A program made the position numbers and the translations under genes. A stretch of DNA of 64,000 nucleotides from Opitutales bacterium (GTDB lineage Bacteria; Verrucomicrobiota; Verrucomicrobiia; Opitutales; UBA2987): contig CBDDEL010000013.1 in the NCBI GenBank assembly GCA_965226885.1, positions 98,480-162,479 of the forward strand. The letters are read 5' to 3'. Every line of letters starts with the position of its first letter. Position 1 is the first letter of the stretch. This document shows positions 1 through 10,262 of this stretch, one piece after another. The notes under the pieces are model-generated. The model was not told where the DNA came from, ran no database searches, and saw only the letters and a program-made list of their open reading frames with translations.

Positions 1-2
1 GT

Positions 3-296
3 GCGCAACTGGCTCTCCAATTGGTGCGAAAGCAGGGGAAATATACCCAGGTCGGTCTTTTTGGGCAGCCAATTACCCTGGATTTCGAGCAGATCGCGTT
101 CAAGGAACTCGTCGTGACCGGTTCTCTGGGGCAGAAACCTACGGCATGGAAAAGGTCCCTTCAACTTCTCACTTCCGGGAAAATCGATGTCCACTCCCTT
201 ATTTCCCACACCTATCCACTGAGCCAATGGCAGGAAGCATTCAAAACCTTTGAAAACCGCGAAGGGGTTAAGCTCTTTTTCGACGTGTCCGCCTGA
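3..296 (+). CDS. Zn-dependent alcohol/sugar dehydrogenase (MDR family), C-terminal part; 5' end outside window
   Basis: Open frame from the window edge; C-terminal MDR-like text (GLFGQPITLDFEQIAFKELVVTGS...SLISHTYPLSQWQEAF). Confidence 0.75.
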   Translation, partial: AQLALQLVRKQGKYTQVGLFGQPITLDFEQIAFKELVVTGSLGQKPTAWKRSLQLLTSGKIDVHSLISHTYPLSQWQEAFKTFENREGVKLFFDVSA

Positions 297-472
297 ATTT
301 TCGCAAGCGGCGGCTCCATTTTTCAATCCCTGATTACACGGGTAAACACAGATAATTATTAAAGGCTATTTGTTAAAATTTGCTTAAAAATTTCTTTAAA
401 GTTAAAAAAATAGCAGAAATATATTGCAAAAGAAAATATTTTGAGTATTTATCGATCAATTGAGATCGAAAA

Positions 473-1003
473 ATGACTTATAAAATGTATGATTTCACGG
501 TCCTGCGGGAGATGCGCAAGAAGGAGGGCCTTACCATTGGCGACGTGTCTCAAACCTCGGGAGTATCCTCGGCGGTCATTTCTAAACTGGAGCGCAATCA
601 GACCAAGGCGGAGCTGGAAACGCTATATAAACTGGGGAGGGTGTTCGGCATAAGCGCCACCGATTTAATTTCCCTGGCCGAATCCCGGCTGTCGCATTGC
701 AAACAATCCGTGTCCTACCAGTCGGGTGGGTATCATTTTCAAAAAATAGAATATGCCAATTTGCGCTGTTTTTTGGCCGAGGCTCCGAAAGGAACTAAGT
801 TGTCCAAACCGGAAATTCACCGCGACGATTATGAATTTTGCTGGGTTCTGGAGGGGAGCATTGACATTAAACTACCCCACGAATCGGTAAACTTAAAGGC
901 TGGGCAGAGCGTGCAATTCGACGCCATTCAGGAACACACTTATGAAGCTCTCGAAGATTCAAAAATACTGATTATCCACCTGAAAAAAGAGAATCGTTTT
1001 TAA
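473..1003 (+). CDS. XRE-family HTH transcriptional regulator with C-terminal cupin domain
   Basis: N-terminal HTH (LREMRKKEGLTIGDVSQTSGVSSAVISKLERNQ) plus cupin (H..YEFCWVLEG...FDAIQEHTY). Confidence 0.85.
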   Translation: MTYKMYDFTVLREMRKKEGLTIGDVSQTSGVSSAVISKLERNQTKAELETLYKLGRVFGISATDLISLAESRLSHCKQSVSYQSGGYHFQKIEYANLRCFLAEAPKGTKLSKPEIHRDDYEFCWVLEGSIDIKLPHESVNLKAGQSVQFDAIQEHTYEALEDSKILIIHLKKENRF

Positions 1004-1497
1004 CCCTTTACCCTGGAAATTATGAATATCGATGATCAATTGAAAGCCGAGGATTTGACTGGTAATCTGGATGCCCTTTGGTCTCTTTCGGCGGAAAAAA
1101 TCCGGCTTGTGGAAAAGGATTACGACATTAATTCAGGTTCGCCCGTATTCACTGTCGAAGGGCGTTACTCGACACGGGGTTGGACTGAGTGGACGCAGGG
1201 GTTTCAAGTGGGATCCAGCATCTTGCAATTCGATGCCACGGGCGATGAAGAATTTCTGCAACTGGGCAAAAAACAGACTGTGGAATGGATGGCGCCCCAT
1301 GTCAGCCATACCGGCGTTCACGATCACGGATTTAACAACGTGAGCACTTACGGCAACCTGCTTCGGTTGCTGAAGGAAGGAAAAATTCCGGCAGACGAAT
1401 CTGAAAAGAACTTTTACGAGCTGGCCTTGAAGGTTTCCGGTGCAGTGCAAGCCTCCCGATGGACTACCATTGCGGGCGGTGGTTTCATTCATTCATT

Positions 1498-2299
1498 GGT
1501 AGTGTATAAAAAAAGAATGTTATTTGGTATTTTTAGCTGTACAAATAGCGTTAGGCAGTTTATTCTTAGTGCATGGTTACTAAAATTATTAATTGTCGGC
1601 ACTGTGGAAGTGAAAATATCATTAAATTTGGCAAGACGCCCAACCATAAACAGCGCTACCGCTGCCATGATTGTGGTAAACAAAGCCGCGAAAACCCCAC
1701 AGTGAAATACACCGAAGAGCAAAAAGAAATGATCCTTCGAGTCTATCAGGAACGCAGCAGTCTACGCGGTTTACAGCGCGCCTTCGGGGTGAGTCCCAAC
1801 ACCGTTTTGAGTTGGTTAAAAAAAACGACAATCGCTGCGACCGCTCAAAAGCACGATTCTTGCGGCCCGCCGCCATGATGTCATTGAACTGGACGAACTG
1901 TGGTCTTTTGTGGGGCGCAAGAGCGATGCCCAATGGGTTTGGATCGCTCTTTGCCGACGCACCCGTCAAATCCTCTCCTATGCCATTGGGCCTCGGGATT
2001 GGTATCGTTGCCGGGAACTTTACGAGCGTCTGCCACGGGCCTACAAAAGATGTGCCACCTACAGCGACTTTTGGAGCACTTATGATGAAGTCTTTCCTCA
2101 TAACCGATCCGTGGGAAAAGAAACCGGTGAAACGGCCCATGTGGAACGATGGAACAATACCCTGCGCCAACGACTGGGTCGTTTCACACGCAAAACCCTC
2201 TCCTTTTCCAAGCTTAAGAGTATGCATGGAACCTGTCTGAGACTTTTCATTCATCAATATAATCAAGAATTAGCCACCATTCCTACTTAATACACTACC
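1498..2299 (+). mobile_element. IS1-family insertion sequence, 802 bp
   Basis: Terminal inverted repeats start GGTAGTGTAT (1498) and end ATACACTACC (2299); 8-bp direct repeat CATTCATT at 1490-1497 and 2300-2307. Confidence 0.95.
1573..2290 (+). CDS. insAB: IS1 transposase InsAB, expressed by a programmed -1 frameshift
   Basis: InsA Zn-finger (CRHCGS...RYRCHDC) and HTH; A8C slippery run at 1818-1826; the -1 frame gives ELDELWSFVGRK...SDFW...HVERWNNTLR (InsB DDE). Confidence 0.9.
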
Positions 2300-3254
2300 C
2301 ATTCATTTAACGGACCCCACTCGCTTTTTGTGGATACCATTCGAACTTGCCGGGCGCTTTTGGTGAGTCATCGGCTCGGGCATGTCCTGATGGGTGAAAA
2401 TGATACCAAAATTAATTTGCTCGCGCGCGCCTTGCAACCCTTGCAACATTCCCGGGCAACCGCCGAATATTCCGTTTATTATGGACAGGGGCGGGATAGC
2501 TACGATGTGTGGGGGCGCACGGCGCATGAGAGCGTTTTCAATGTAACCGACGGCAATTATCGCTGCCCGAATGCACAGCAAGGGTATAGCGGATTCACCA
2601 CCTGGACGCGAGGTTTGGCTTGGGCCATGCTCGGTTTCGCCGAAGAACTGGAGTTCCTGGAAATTCTCAATGGGGAGGAATTGGAGGCCTTCGGAGGGAG
2701 ATCTCAAATCGAGGCCTTCATGCTGAAAGCCGCTCAGGCAACCTGTGATTTTTATATCGAGAATACCGCCACGGATGGAATTCCCTATTGGGATACGGGG
2801 GCGCCTAATCTGCATCGGTTGGGGGATTATCTCAATGTGCCTGCCGAACCGTTTAATTCCTGGGAACCGGTGGATAGCTCGGCGGCGGCGATGGGCGCCC
2901 AGGGTCTATTGAGACTGGGCCGTTATTTAACGAATAAGGGCGAAACGGATGATGGAACCCGTTATTGGCAGGCCGGCTTGACCGTTGCTAAAGCCTTATT
3001 TTCCGAACATTATTTGAGCAGCGACAGCGCGCACCAAGGTTTGATACTTCATTCGATTTATCACCAGCCCAATGGATGGGACCATGTACCCGAAGGTCAA
3101 AAAATAGCTTTTGGAGAATCGAGCATGTGGGACGATTATCATGCCCGCGAGCTGGCCCTCTACCTTATACGCGTTGTAAAAGGGGAACCGTATTACACTT
3201 TTTTCGGCGGTGTGGAATGAATTGTTCTAACCTGACGATTGATACTAATATTTT

Positions 3255-4088
3255 ATGACTGCACAACCATTGACCGATCTTTCACGCTGCTGCGTCCATA
3301 CCATCACGACAAAGCCTTGGAGTTTGCGGGAGGCCGCCCAAAACTTTGCCCGTGCGAGAATTCCTGGAATAACGGTTTGGAGTGATAATTTGAACGACAT
3401 CACCCCGAAGGAGGCCAAATCCATGCTTGATGACTACGGCTTGAAAGTTGTTTCCTATTGCCGGGGCGGTTTTTTCCCTCACTTGAAGAGGGAAGGGCGG
3501 CAGACTGCCCTGGATGACAACCGGCGCAGGTTAGATGAGGCAAGCGTTATCGGAGCGCCTCTCCTGGTATTGGTTTGCGGCGCGGCGCGCAGTCAATCTC
3601 TAACCATGTCTCGTGAGCAAATTCGCGATGGCATGGAAACCCTCCTGCCCCATGCCGAAGCCTGTGGAGTAAGGCTGGCCATCGAGCCCTTGCACCCCAT
3701 GTATGCGGATGACCGGTCGGCCATCAACACCCTGAGACAGGCCAACGACATGGCCGAAAGCTTTGCTTCGCCTTGGGTGGGGGTGGCCATCGATGTTTAT
3801 CACCTGTGGTGGGATCCCGATTTGCGAAGGGAGATTCAGCGGTGTGGAAAAAACGGCAACATAGCGAGTTTTCACGTTAGCGATTGGAAAACCCCGACCG
3901 AGGACCTTCTTTTCGACCGCGGTCTTATGGGTGAAGGATGCATTGACATCCGAGAAATACGAGGCTGGGTGGACAACGCGGGGTTTGACGGTTTTATCGA
4001 GGTGGAAATATTTTCAAAAAAATACTGGAAAATGGACCAGCCGCAGTTTCTTGATGAAATTGTGAAAACTTATCTTAATCACGTATAA
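3255..4088 (+). CDS. Sugar phosphate isomerase/epimerase (xylose-isomerase-like TIM barrel)
   Basis: Motifs LAIEPLHP, DVYH, FHVSDW, EVEIFS. Confidence 0.85.
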   Translation: MTAQPLTDLSRCCVHTITTKPWSLREAAQNFARARIPGITVWSDNLNDITPKEAKSMLDDYGLKVVSYCRGGFFPHLKREGRQTALDDNRRRLDEASVIGAPLLVLVCGAARSQSLTMSREQIRDGMETLLPHAEACGVRLAIEPLHPMYADDRSAINTLRQANDMAESFASPWVGVAIDVYHLWWDPDLRREIQRCGKNGNIASFHVSDWKTPTEDLLFDRGLMGEGCIDIREIRGWVDNAGFDGFIEVEIFSKKYWKMDQPQFLDEIVKTYLNHV

Positions 4089-4099
4089 TATTGCCGTAT

Positions 4100-5251
4100 A
4101 TGAAAGTGCATAAAATTGGAATTATCATGAATGGCGTCACGGGACGCATGGGAACCAACCAGCATCTCATGCGTTCGATCGTCGAAATTATCAAGCAGGG
4201 CGGTGTGGCCGTAAGCGACAACGAAACCATCATGCCGGATCCCATCCTGGCCGGTCGCAATCCGGACAAACTAAAAAAACCTTGCGCTCAATCCGGTGTC
4301 GAAAAATGGACCACTGATGTTAATGAAGCGTTGGCCGATCCGGATTATTCCATTTATTTCGATGCCCAGACAACGGGCCGTCGCGCCGATGCCGTTCGCC
4401 GGGCGGTGAAGGAGAGGAAGCATGTTTATTGCGAAAAACCGATCGCCATAGATACGCAGACGGCAATGGAGCTTTACCGCCTCTGCCGCGAAGCCGGGGT
4501 GAAAAATGGGGTTGTGCAGGACAAACTCTGGCTTCCCGGTTTGAGAAAATTAAAGCGCCTCATTGAAATTGGATTTTTCGGAAAAATTCTATCCGTTCGA
4601 GGTGAGTTCGGATACTGGGTTTTCGAGGGCCATACCATTGAGGCTCAGCGGCCTTCCTGGAATTACCGCAAAGAGGACGATGGCGGCATAATCATGGATA
4701 TGCTCTGCCACTGGAGATACGTTCTCGATCAGGTTTTTGGGCCGGTTAAAGCGGTTTCCTGTCTGGGCGCCACCCATATTCCCGAACGCATTGATGGAAA
4801 CGGAAAACCCTACCTTTGCACGGCCGACGATGCGGCCTACGCCACATTCGAACTGGAAGACGGCATCATCGCGCATTTCAACTCGTCCTGGGTAACGCGG
4901 GTTCGCCGCGATGATTTACTAACGCTCCATGTCGATGGAACGCATGGCTCCGCCGTGGCAGGCTTGAGGCAGTGCCGGATTCAGCATTACGGCAACACGC
5001 CCAAACCGGTTTGGAATCCGGACATCGATCAACCGATAAATTTCTTGGACGGTTGGTCGCTGCTGCCCGATCAGGAAGAATACGACAATGCTTTTAAGGC
5101 CCAATGGGAGCTATTCCTGCGGCATGTCGTTTTGGATGAACCTTTTCAGTGGGATCTTTTGGAAGGTGTTAAAGGTGTGCAATTGGCGGAAAAAGGATTG
5201 GAGAGTTGGGAAAAACGCCAATGGGTGAACATCCCCGAATTGGAAGTTTAG
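4100..5251 (+). CDS. Gfo/Idh/MocA-family oxidoreductase
   Basis: N-terminal Rossmann fold (IGIIMNGVTGRMG), HVYCEKP, GGIIMDMLCHW. Confidence 0.9.
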   Translation: MKVHKIGIIMNGVTGRMGTNQHLMRSIVEIIKQGGVAVSDNETIMPDPILAGRNPDKLKKPCAQSGVEKWTTDVNEALADPDYSIYFDAQTTGRRADAVRRAVKERKHVYCEKPIAIDTQTAMELYRLCREAGVKNGVVQDKLWLPGLRKLKRLIEIGFFGKILSVRGEFGYWVFEGHTIEAQRPSWNYRKEDDGGIIMDMLCHWRYVLDQVFGPVKAVSCLGATHIPERIDGNGKPYLCTADDAAYATFELEDGIIAHFNSSWVTRVRRDDLLTLHVDGTHGSAVAGLRQCRIQHYGNTPKPVWNPDIDQPINFLDGWSLLPDQEEYDNAFKAQWELFLRHVVLDEPFQWDLLEGVKGVQLAEKGLESWEKRQWVNIPELEV

Positions 5252-5266
5252 CTTATTTGTAAATTC

Positions 5267-6055
5267 ATGGATACCTCATCGAATAATAATCGAGTAGCGT
5301 TAATAACGGGAGGTAGCCGAGGTATCGGACTCGGCTGCGCCATTTGCCTGGCGAAAGAAGGTTTCGGTATTGCAATTAACGGAGTGCGGGAGGAATCGGC
5401 GGTTGCAGATTCGCTGTCTGCATTAAGATCTCTGGGAGCCGATGCGATCTATTGCCGCGGCGATATTGGCTCAACCGGTGATCGTGAATCTATTGTGGAT
5501 AAAGTGAAAGCCCATTTTGGGCGACTGAATGTTCTCGTGAACAATGCGGGCGTTGCCCCCAAAGAGCGCAAAGACATTCTGGAGACGAGTGAAGCGGGTT
5601 TTGAATTTGTTTTAAAAACGAATCTCCAGGGGACGTTCTTTCTCACCCAAGCAATCGCCAATTGGATGATTGCCCAGAAACTGGAAGACCCTGCGTTTGA
5701 AGGCTGCATCATCACAAACTCTTCCATCTCCGCCACCGTGGCATCGGTCAATCGGGGGGAATATTGCATCGCCAAGGCGGGTCTGAGTATGACAAGCCAA
5801 CTGTTTGCGGTTCGATTGGGGGAATATGGAATTCCCGTTTTCGAAATACGCCCTGGAATAACGAAAACCGACATGACCAGCGGAGTTGCCGGAAAATACG
5901 ATAAGCTGCTGGAAGAGGGATTGTGCGTGCAGGCCCGCTGGGGTTATCCGGAAGACGTCGGGAAAGCGGTTGCGGCGCTGGCCCGGGGAGATTTTCCCTA
6001 CTCCACCGGTCAGGTCATCATGATTGATGGCGGCCTCACCATTCCGCGTCTTTAA
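5267..6055 (+). CDS. SDR-family oxidoreductase (3-ketoacyl-ACP reductase-like)
   Basis: TGGSRGIG, NNAG, YCIAK (YxxxK), TGQVIMIDGG. Confidence 0.9.
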   Translation: MDTSSNNNRVALITGGSRGIGLGCAICLAKEGFGIAINGVREESAVADSLSALRSLGADAIYCRGDIGSTGDRESIVDKVKAHFGRLNVLVNNAGVAPKERKDILETSEAGFEFVLKTNLQGTFFLTQAIANWMIAQKLEDPAFEGCIITNSSISATVASVNRGEYCIAKAGLSMTSQLFAVRLGEYGIPVFEIRPGITKTDMTSGVAGKYDKLLEEGLCVQARWGYPEDVGKAVAALARGDFPYSTGQVIMIDGGLTIPRL

Positions 6056-6086
6056 TGGTGATGGCAATGGAGTGGCTAGTAGCCGA

Positions 6087-7391
6087 CTAAAACAGCTCTT
6101 TCACTACCTGGGCCATGGCTTCGCCGATCTTTTCCAGGTCTTCCTGGCTGTGGCGGGCCGATATCGAGGTGCGGATGAGGTCTTTGCCCGGGGCTACTCC
6201 GGGGGTGACCGCCATCACCGTGAAGACTCCTTTTTCCATCAGCGATTTCCAGAAGCGAAAGGTGAGCGCTTTGCTGCCCAGCACGATGGGCACCGCGGGC
6301 GATTCGCTGCCCCAGGTGTCCAGCCCTAGCCCGTTCAGTATTTTGATGTATTGGCGGGTGTTTTCCCACAGCCGCTGGAGGTGCTCCGGCTCCGTTTGGA
6401 GGATTTCCAGGGAGGCTTGCGCGCAGGCCGCCTGGCAGGGGCTGATGGCCGCGCTGAATACGGTCTGTTTGGAATTGGTGCGCAAATAATCGATCACTTC
6501 CTTTGAGCCGGCCACGAAGCCTCCCGTGCTGGAGAGCGCTTTGGACATGCTCCCGGCGATCACATCAATCGAACCGGTCACCCCCAGGTGGTCGGCCGTG
6601 CCCCGCCCTTCGCGTCCCAAAACGCCCAGCCCGTGGGCGTCGTCCATTACGATGAAGCAGTTTTTCCCTTTCGTGATTTTGAGAAATGCGGGTATCTGCG
6701 CGATGTGCCCTTCCATCGAGTAAACTCCCTCGATGACGAGCAGCTTGGGCCCTTGCGGCGGCTCCAGCGATAAAATGTCCTGCAAATCGGCTGGGTTGTT
6801 GTGGCTGAAGCGTTCCACCCGGGCTCCCGACACGCAGATGCCCGACCACAGCGAGGAGTGGGCGTTGCGGTCCACCAGGATGAGATCCCCCTTGCAGGCG
6901 AAGGTGGCCACCCCGGACATGCACGAGAGGTAGCCGGCGGCGCTCACATGACAAGCCTCCTTGCCCAGAAAATCGGCCAGCATCTCCTCCAGGGCCAGGT
7001 GGTAGCGGCGGCTGCCGTTGGCCAGGCGGGCCCCGGTGGTGCTGCTACCCCAGGTTTCGAGGGCGCGTTTACCCGCCTCGATGACCTTGGGATGATGGCT
7101 CAAACCCAGGTAATCGTTGCTACTGAGCATGATCAGTTCCTGCCCGTTGACGTGGACGTGGGAACCGTTTTGCCCCTCAATAGTGTGGTAGTAAGGATTG
7201 TATTTGAGACGCAAGCGGGTGGCCTCATCCTCCCGGCAACGCCGGCGGATGGAGTTGCCGGTCCTCCTTACCGTAAAAGTCGATAGTTTCTCCAGCCTTG
7301 ATTGGCTGGAGCGATATACCGGTTCAGCAAATTTCCTCGACTGTTGGGCAATTTTTAAATGCCCATGACTTTTTTTGTTTGATGGATTCAT
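6087..7391 (-). CDS. PLP-dependent alpha-oxoamine synthase (serine palmitoyltransferase/AONS family)
   Basis: SNDYLGL, EGVYSMEG, DDAHGLG, GSMSKAL (PLP Lys); start codon uncertain. Confidence 0.8.
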   Translation of the reverse strand: MNPSNKKSHGHLKIAQQSRKFAEPVYRSSQSRLEKLSTFTVRRTGNSIRRRCREDEATRLRLKYNPYYHTIEGQNGSHVHVNGQELIMLSSNDYLGLSHHPKVIEAGKRALETWGSSTTGARLANGSRRYHLALEEMLADFLGKEACHVSAAGYLSCMSGVATFACKGDLILVDRNAHSSLWSGICVSGARVERFSHNNPADLQDILSLEPPQGPKLLVIEGVYSMEGHIAQIPAFLKITKGKNCFIVMDDAHGLGVLGREGRGTADHLGVTGSIDVIAGSMSKALSSTGGFVAGSKEVIDYLRTNSKQTVFSAAISPCQAACAQASLEILQTEPEHLQRLWENTRQYIKILNGLGLDTWGSESPAVPIVLGSKALTFRFWKSLMEKGVFTVMAVTPGVAPGKDLIRTSISARHSQEDLEKIGEAMAQVVKELF

Positions 7392-7716
7392 TTTCGAGTA
7401 AAGTATAACTGTAGCGTCTATCCGATTGCCAGAGATCGGAATTGGAACCAAGCATGGAATTTACTTGGCCGGTGACAAGATTTAACTGACTTAAAACTTT
7501 TGCCGTTGGAATTGCAGGTATTTACTGAAGATTTTGCTCAACTGGATAATTAGAATTGCTTTCAGCCTGATGGCTTCGACTTTCCCCATTTCCCTCATTG
7601 TTACCGCTTTAGACAGCGCCTGGAAGATTTGGAACTTGCAAAAAACCCCGAAATTTAAAAAATACAATGAGGTTTGACGCTATTACCCTATAATTACGGT
7701 CAATAATAGAAGAAAT

Positions 7717-8820
7717 ATGAAAAAAGCAATCCTATTCCTGGCTTTGGCCTGCTTCTTTGGCCAGGGCAGGGCGGAGGATATGAGTTTCCCCATCCAGTCC
7801 AGGGAGATAATCTCCCCGGTATACGCCATTGATCGTATTTACAAATCGATGCAGGGCCCGCAGAGCACACGCGAGGTTACTCTGGGCCATAAAATCGAGA
7901 CTCCGGAGTTACTGTGGATTACGGGCTACCGGGCCCATATGGTCGGACCCGATGGACGCACCCCCCAATCGCAGGAATTTATGTGTCACAGCAATCTCGA
8001 TATCGACATGAGCCAACATCGAAAGTTGTTTCATTGGAAGAAAAATTCCAGCAATAGGCTCTTCACACTCTCCCAAGGTCAATTCGAAATAGAATTTCCC
8101 AGGGGGTTTGGCATTCCCATTATGTCTAACGAAGTTTTTTCCCTGACCACCCAGGTGCTTAACCTCAATGTCGAAAAGGCAAACTTGAATGTGCGGCACA
8201 AGGTGACAATTGATTACGCGAAGGACAAGGATTTGCAGGAGCCGATGAAACCTTTGTTCATGAAAGCCGCCAATGGGCTGGTGCTGGTTGAGGGTGAGGA
8301 CGGATACTACAACGAAGCGCAGCCCAAGGTTGAATTGCATGGGCCCGGCTGCCTGGTCGGCGAGGGTGTGACCGGCCGTTACCGCCTGGATAAATTCGGC
8401 CGCAAATTTAGCGGACACTGGATCGTCAAGCCGGGCCGTGAAATCAATAGAACCCTAGTAACGAACTGGATGAATCTGCCTTTTGATACACGGGTTCATT
8501 ATATAGCCATCCACCTCCATCCGTTTGCGGAATCCCTGGGAATCCCTGGAATTGAAGGATTTAACTGCCGGCCAAACGATTTTTAAGAGCCAAGTGCGAT
8601 CCAGCAGCGACAAAAGTGGCATTGATGAGGTGGAATACTATTCCAGCGCCGAAGGCATTCCCGTCTGAAGGCATTCCCGTCTATAAGGAAGGACCATGAA
8701 TACGAATTGACCAGCCATTATCACAATACGACGGATAAAAATCAGGATTCCATGGCGGTAATGTTTCTCTACTTGCTGGATAAAGAATACCAGGACATCC
8801 AATTATCCAGCGGCATTTAA
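7717..8820 (+). pseudogene. Secreted protein resembling Cu type II (PHM/DBH-like) monooxygenase C-terminal domain; 3' end broken by three tandem duplications
   Basis: Signal peptide; HLHPF motif; removing duplications of 10, 16 and 4 bp restores ...AESLELKDLTAGQ...EGIPVYKDHEYELTSHYHNTT...DSMAVMFLY...* (358 codons). Confidence 0.7.
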
Positions 8821-8827
8821 AACAAGT

Positions 8828-9187
8828 ATGGAGAAAGTAAACTTAAGGGAAAAATTTGGTCTCTTCGAAAAACTGTGGACTCCCAAGATCGTGGGTGAAT
8901 TGAACGGTCAGTATGTCAAATTGGCCAAAGTTCAGGGAGAAATGGTTTGGCATAGTCATGAAAATGAGGACGAGTTGTTTCTGGTTGTCCAAGGCGCCCT
9001 CACGCTCCACTTGCGCGATCAAAAAATCTGTCTGAACGAGGGGGAGTTTTTCATCGTGCCGCGTGGAGTCGAACACAAACCCGAGGCCGATGAGGAAACC
9101 CAAATTGTCCTCTTCGAGCCAAAATCAACTGCTCACACAGGCAATGTGAAATCGGAACTGACGGTGGAACGCCAGGTGTGGATTTGA
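8828..9187 (+). CDS. Cupin domain protein
   Basis: WHSHENEDELFLV...GEFFIVPRGVEHKP. Confidence 0.85.
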   Translation: MEKVNLREKFGLFEKLWTPKIVGELNGQYVKLAKVQGEMVWHSHENEDELFLVVQGALTLHLRDQKICLNEGEFFIVPRGVEHKPEADEETQIVLFEPKSTAHTGNVKSELTVERQVWI

Positions 9188-9209
9188 GATAGGTTCTAGA
9201 AAGGCCTAG

Positions 9210-9722
9210 ATGAAACTGATTGAACCAATTCCATATCAATCCATGCCTGTGGCGATTATAGCCGTTTGCCTGCTTTTTCTGAACACGAGCTGCCGTCAAA
9301 CGGATGAATTGAATTTGGCCGCAGAAAAAGCGGTTCTAATGCAGACGGATCGCGATTTTTCCAGAAAATCGGTTGAGGAAGGAGCGGCCGAAGCATTCCG
9401 AGCCTACCTGGCAGAGGATGCCATGACAATGCCGGCAGGCTCAAGCCCCGTTTTTGGCCGTGAATCCATCTACGAGGGAATGAAACCGGACCAAGACAAA
9501 TATGTCCTGTCCTGGGAACCCCAGGATGGCAAAGCGGCCCAATCCGGCGATTTTGGCTACACCTGGGGAAAATATACCATTACTACCAAAGGGAAAGACG
9601 GCGAGCCGGTGAAAAGCCATGGTAAATACCTCAATGTTTGGATAAAGCAGGCCGATGGCTCCTGGAAGGTTTTGGTGGATATGGGCAATAAAAGCCCTTC
9701 GCCGGAAAGCGGGGAGAAATAA
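9210..9722 (+). CDS. DUF4440/NTF2-like (SnoaL-like) putative lipoprotein
   Basis: Signal with Cys (LNTSC); SGDFGYTWGKY...GKYLNVWIKQADGSWKV..DMG. Confidence 0.75.
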   Translation: MKLIEPIPYQSMPVAIIAVCLLFLNTSCRQTDELNLAAEKAVLMQTDRDFSRKSVEEGAAEAFRAYLAEDAMTMPAGSSPVFGRESIYEGMKPDQDKYVLSWEPQDGKAAQSGDFGYTWGKYTITTKGKDGEPVKSHGKYLNVWIKQADGSWKVLVDMGNKSPSPESGEK

Positions 9723-9741
9723 GGATTGTACCTTTTTAAGC

Positions 9742-10230
9742 TCAGGACCGCCGGGAGGGTCTCTGCACCAATTCGATGATGACGCCGCCGATTTTATCCG
9801 TATCCAGATAGGCAAACCCGCTGTTGGGGGTGCGGCCTTCCATGAGCACGGTCAAACCCATTGAGCGGTAGCGTTTGAGACGCTCGTCCAAATCGTCAAC
9901 ATCAAAACACAGGTGGTGAAGACCCTCGGCGCTGCGCTCCAGAAATTCCTGGTATAGGGACGGCCCCCGGACCGGCTGGATGAGTTCCAGCTCCAATGAA
10001 CCGAGGGCGGCAAACCCCAACAGGAAATCGGTCTCGACGCGTTCTCCACGCAATTCGATATAGTCAAAAACCAGGTTGAAATCCACCCCTGAGCGCGTGA
10101 ACGGGCCCATTCCGAGGGTGTTCTCATAATACTCGATGGTGCGCTCCAGGTCTTTCACTATAATGCCGATCTGGCTCATTTCGGGAAGGTCGAGAGTCCG
10201 TTTCATTTCCGGTGAGGGTTCTGAAATCAT
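9742..10230 (-). CDS. VOC/glyoxalase family protein (methylmalonyl-CoA epimerase-like)
   Basis: QIGIIVKDL, LELELIQP, GLHHLCF, IIELVQ. Confidence 0.8.
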   Translation of the reverse strand: MISEPSPEMKRTLDLPEMSQIGIIVKDLERTIEYYENTLGMGPFTRSGVDFNLVFDYIELRGERVETDFLLGFAALGSLELELIQPVRGPSLYQEFLERSAEGLHHLCFDVDDLDERLKRYRSMGLTVLMEGRTPNSGFAYLDTDKIGGVIIELVQRPSRRS

Positions 10231-10262
10231 GCTGAATGAATTTTTAATTTATTGATATTCAG

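Larger units (their letters stand above)
1022..3220 (+). pseudogene. Glycoside hydrolase family 88-like (unsaturated glucuronyl hydrolase-like) gene interrupted by IS1
   Basis: Removing 1498-2299 and one 8-bp TSD joins ...GFIHS to FNGPHSLFVDTIR..., giving one 463-codon frame; motifs WTRGLAWAMLGF, DSSAAA, W(G>D)DYH. Confidence 0.85.

Noticed and set aside
1022-1705. 227-aa ORF taken as a complete protein
   Set aside because: Its last ~68 residues are read-through into the IS1 left end; the real gene continues at 2308.
7452-7716. Intergenic region as a regulatory RNA
   Set aside because: Divergent promoter-like AT-rich DNA with no supportable structure.
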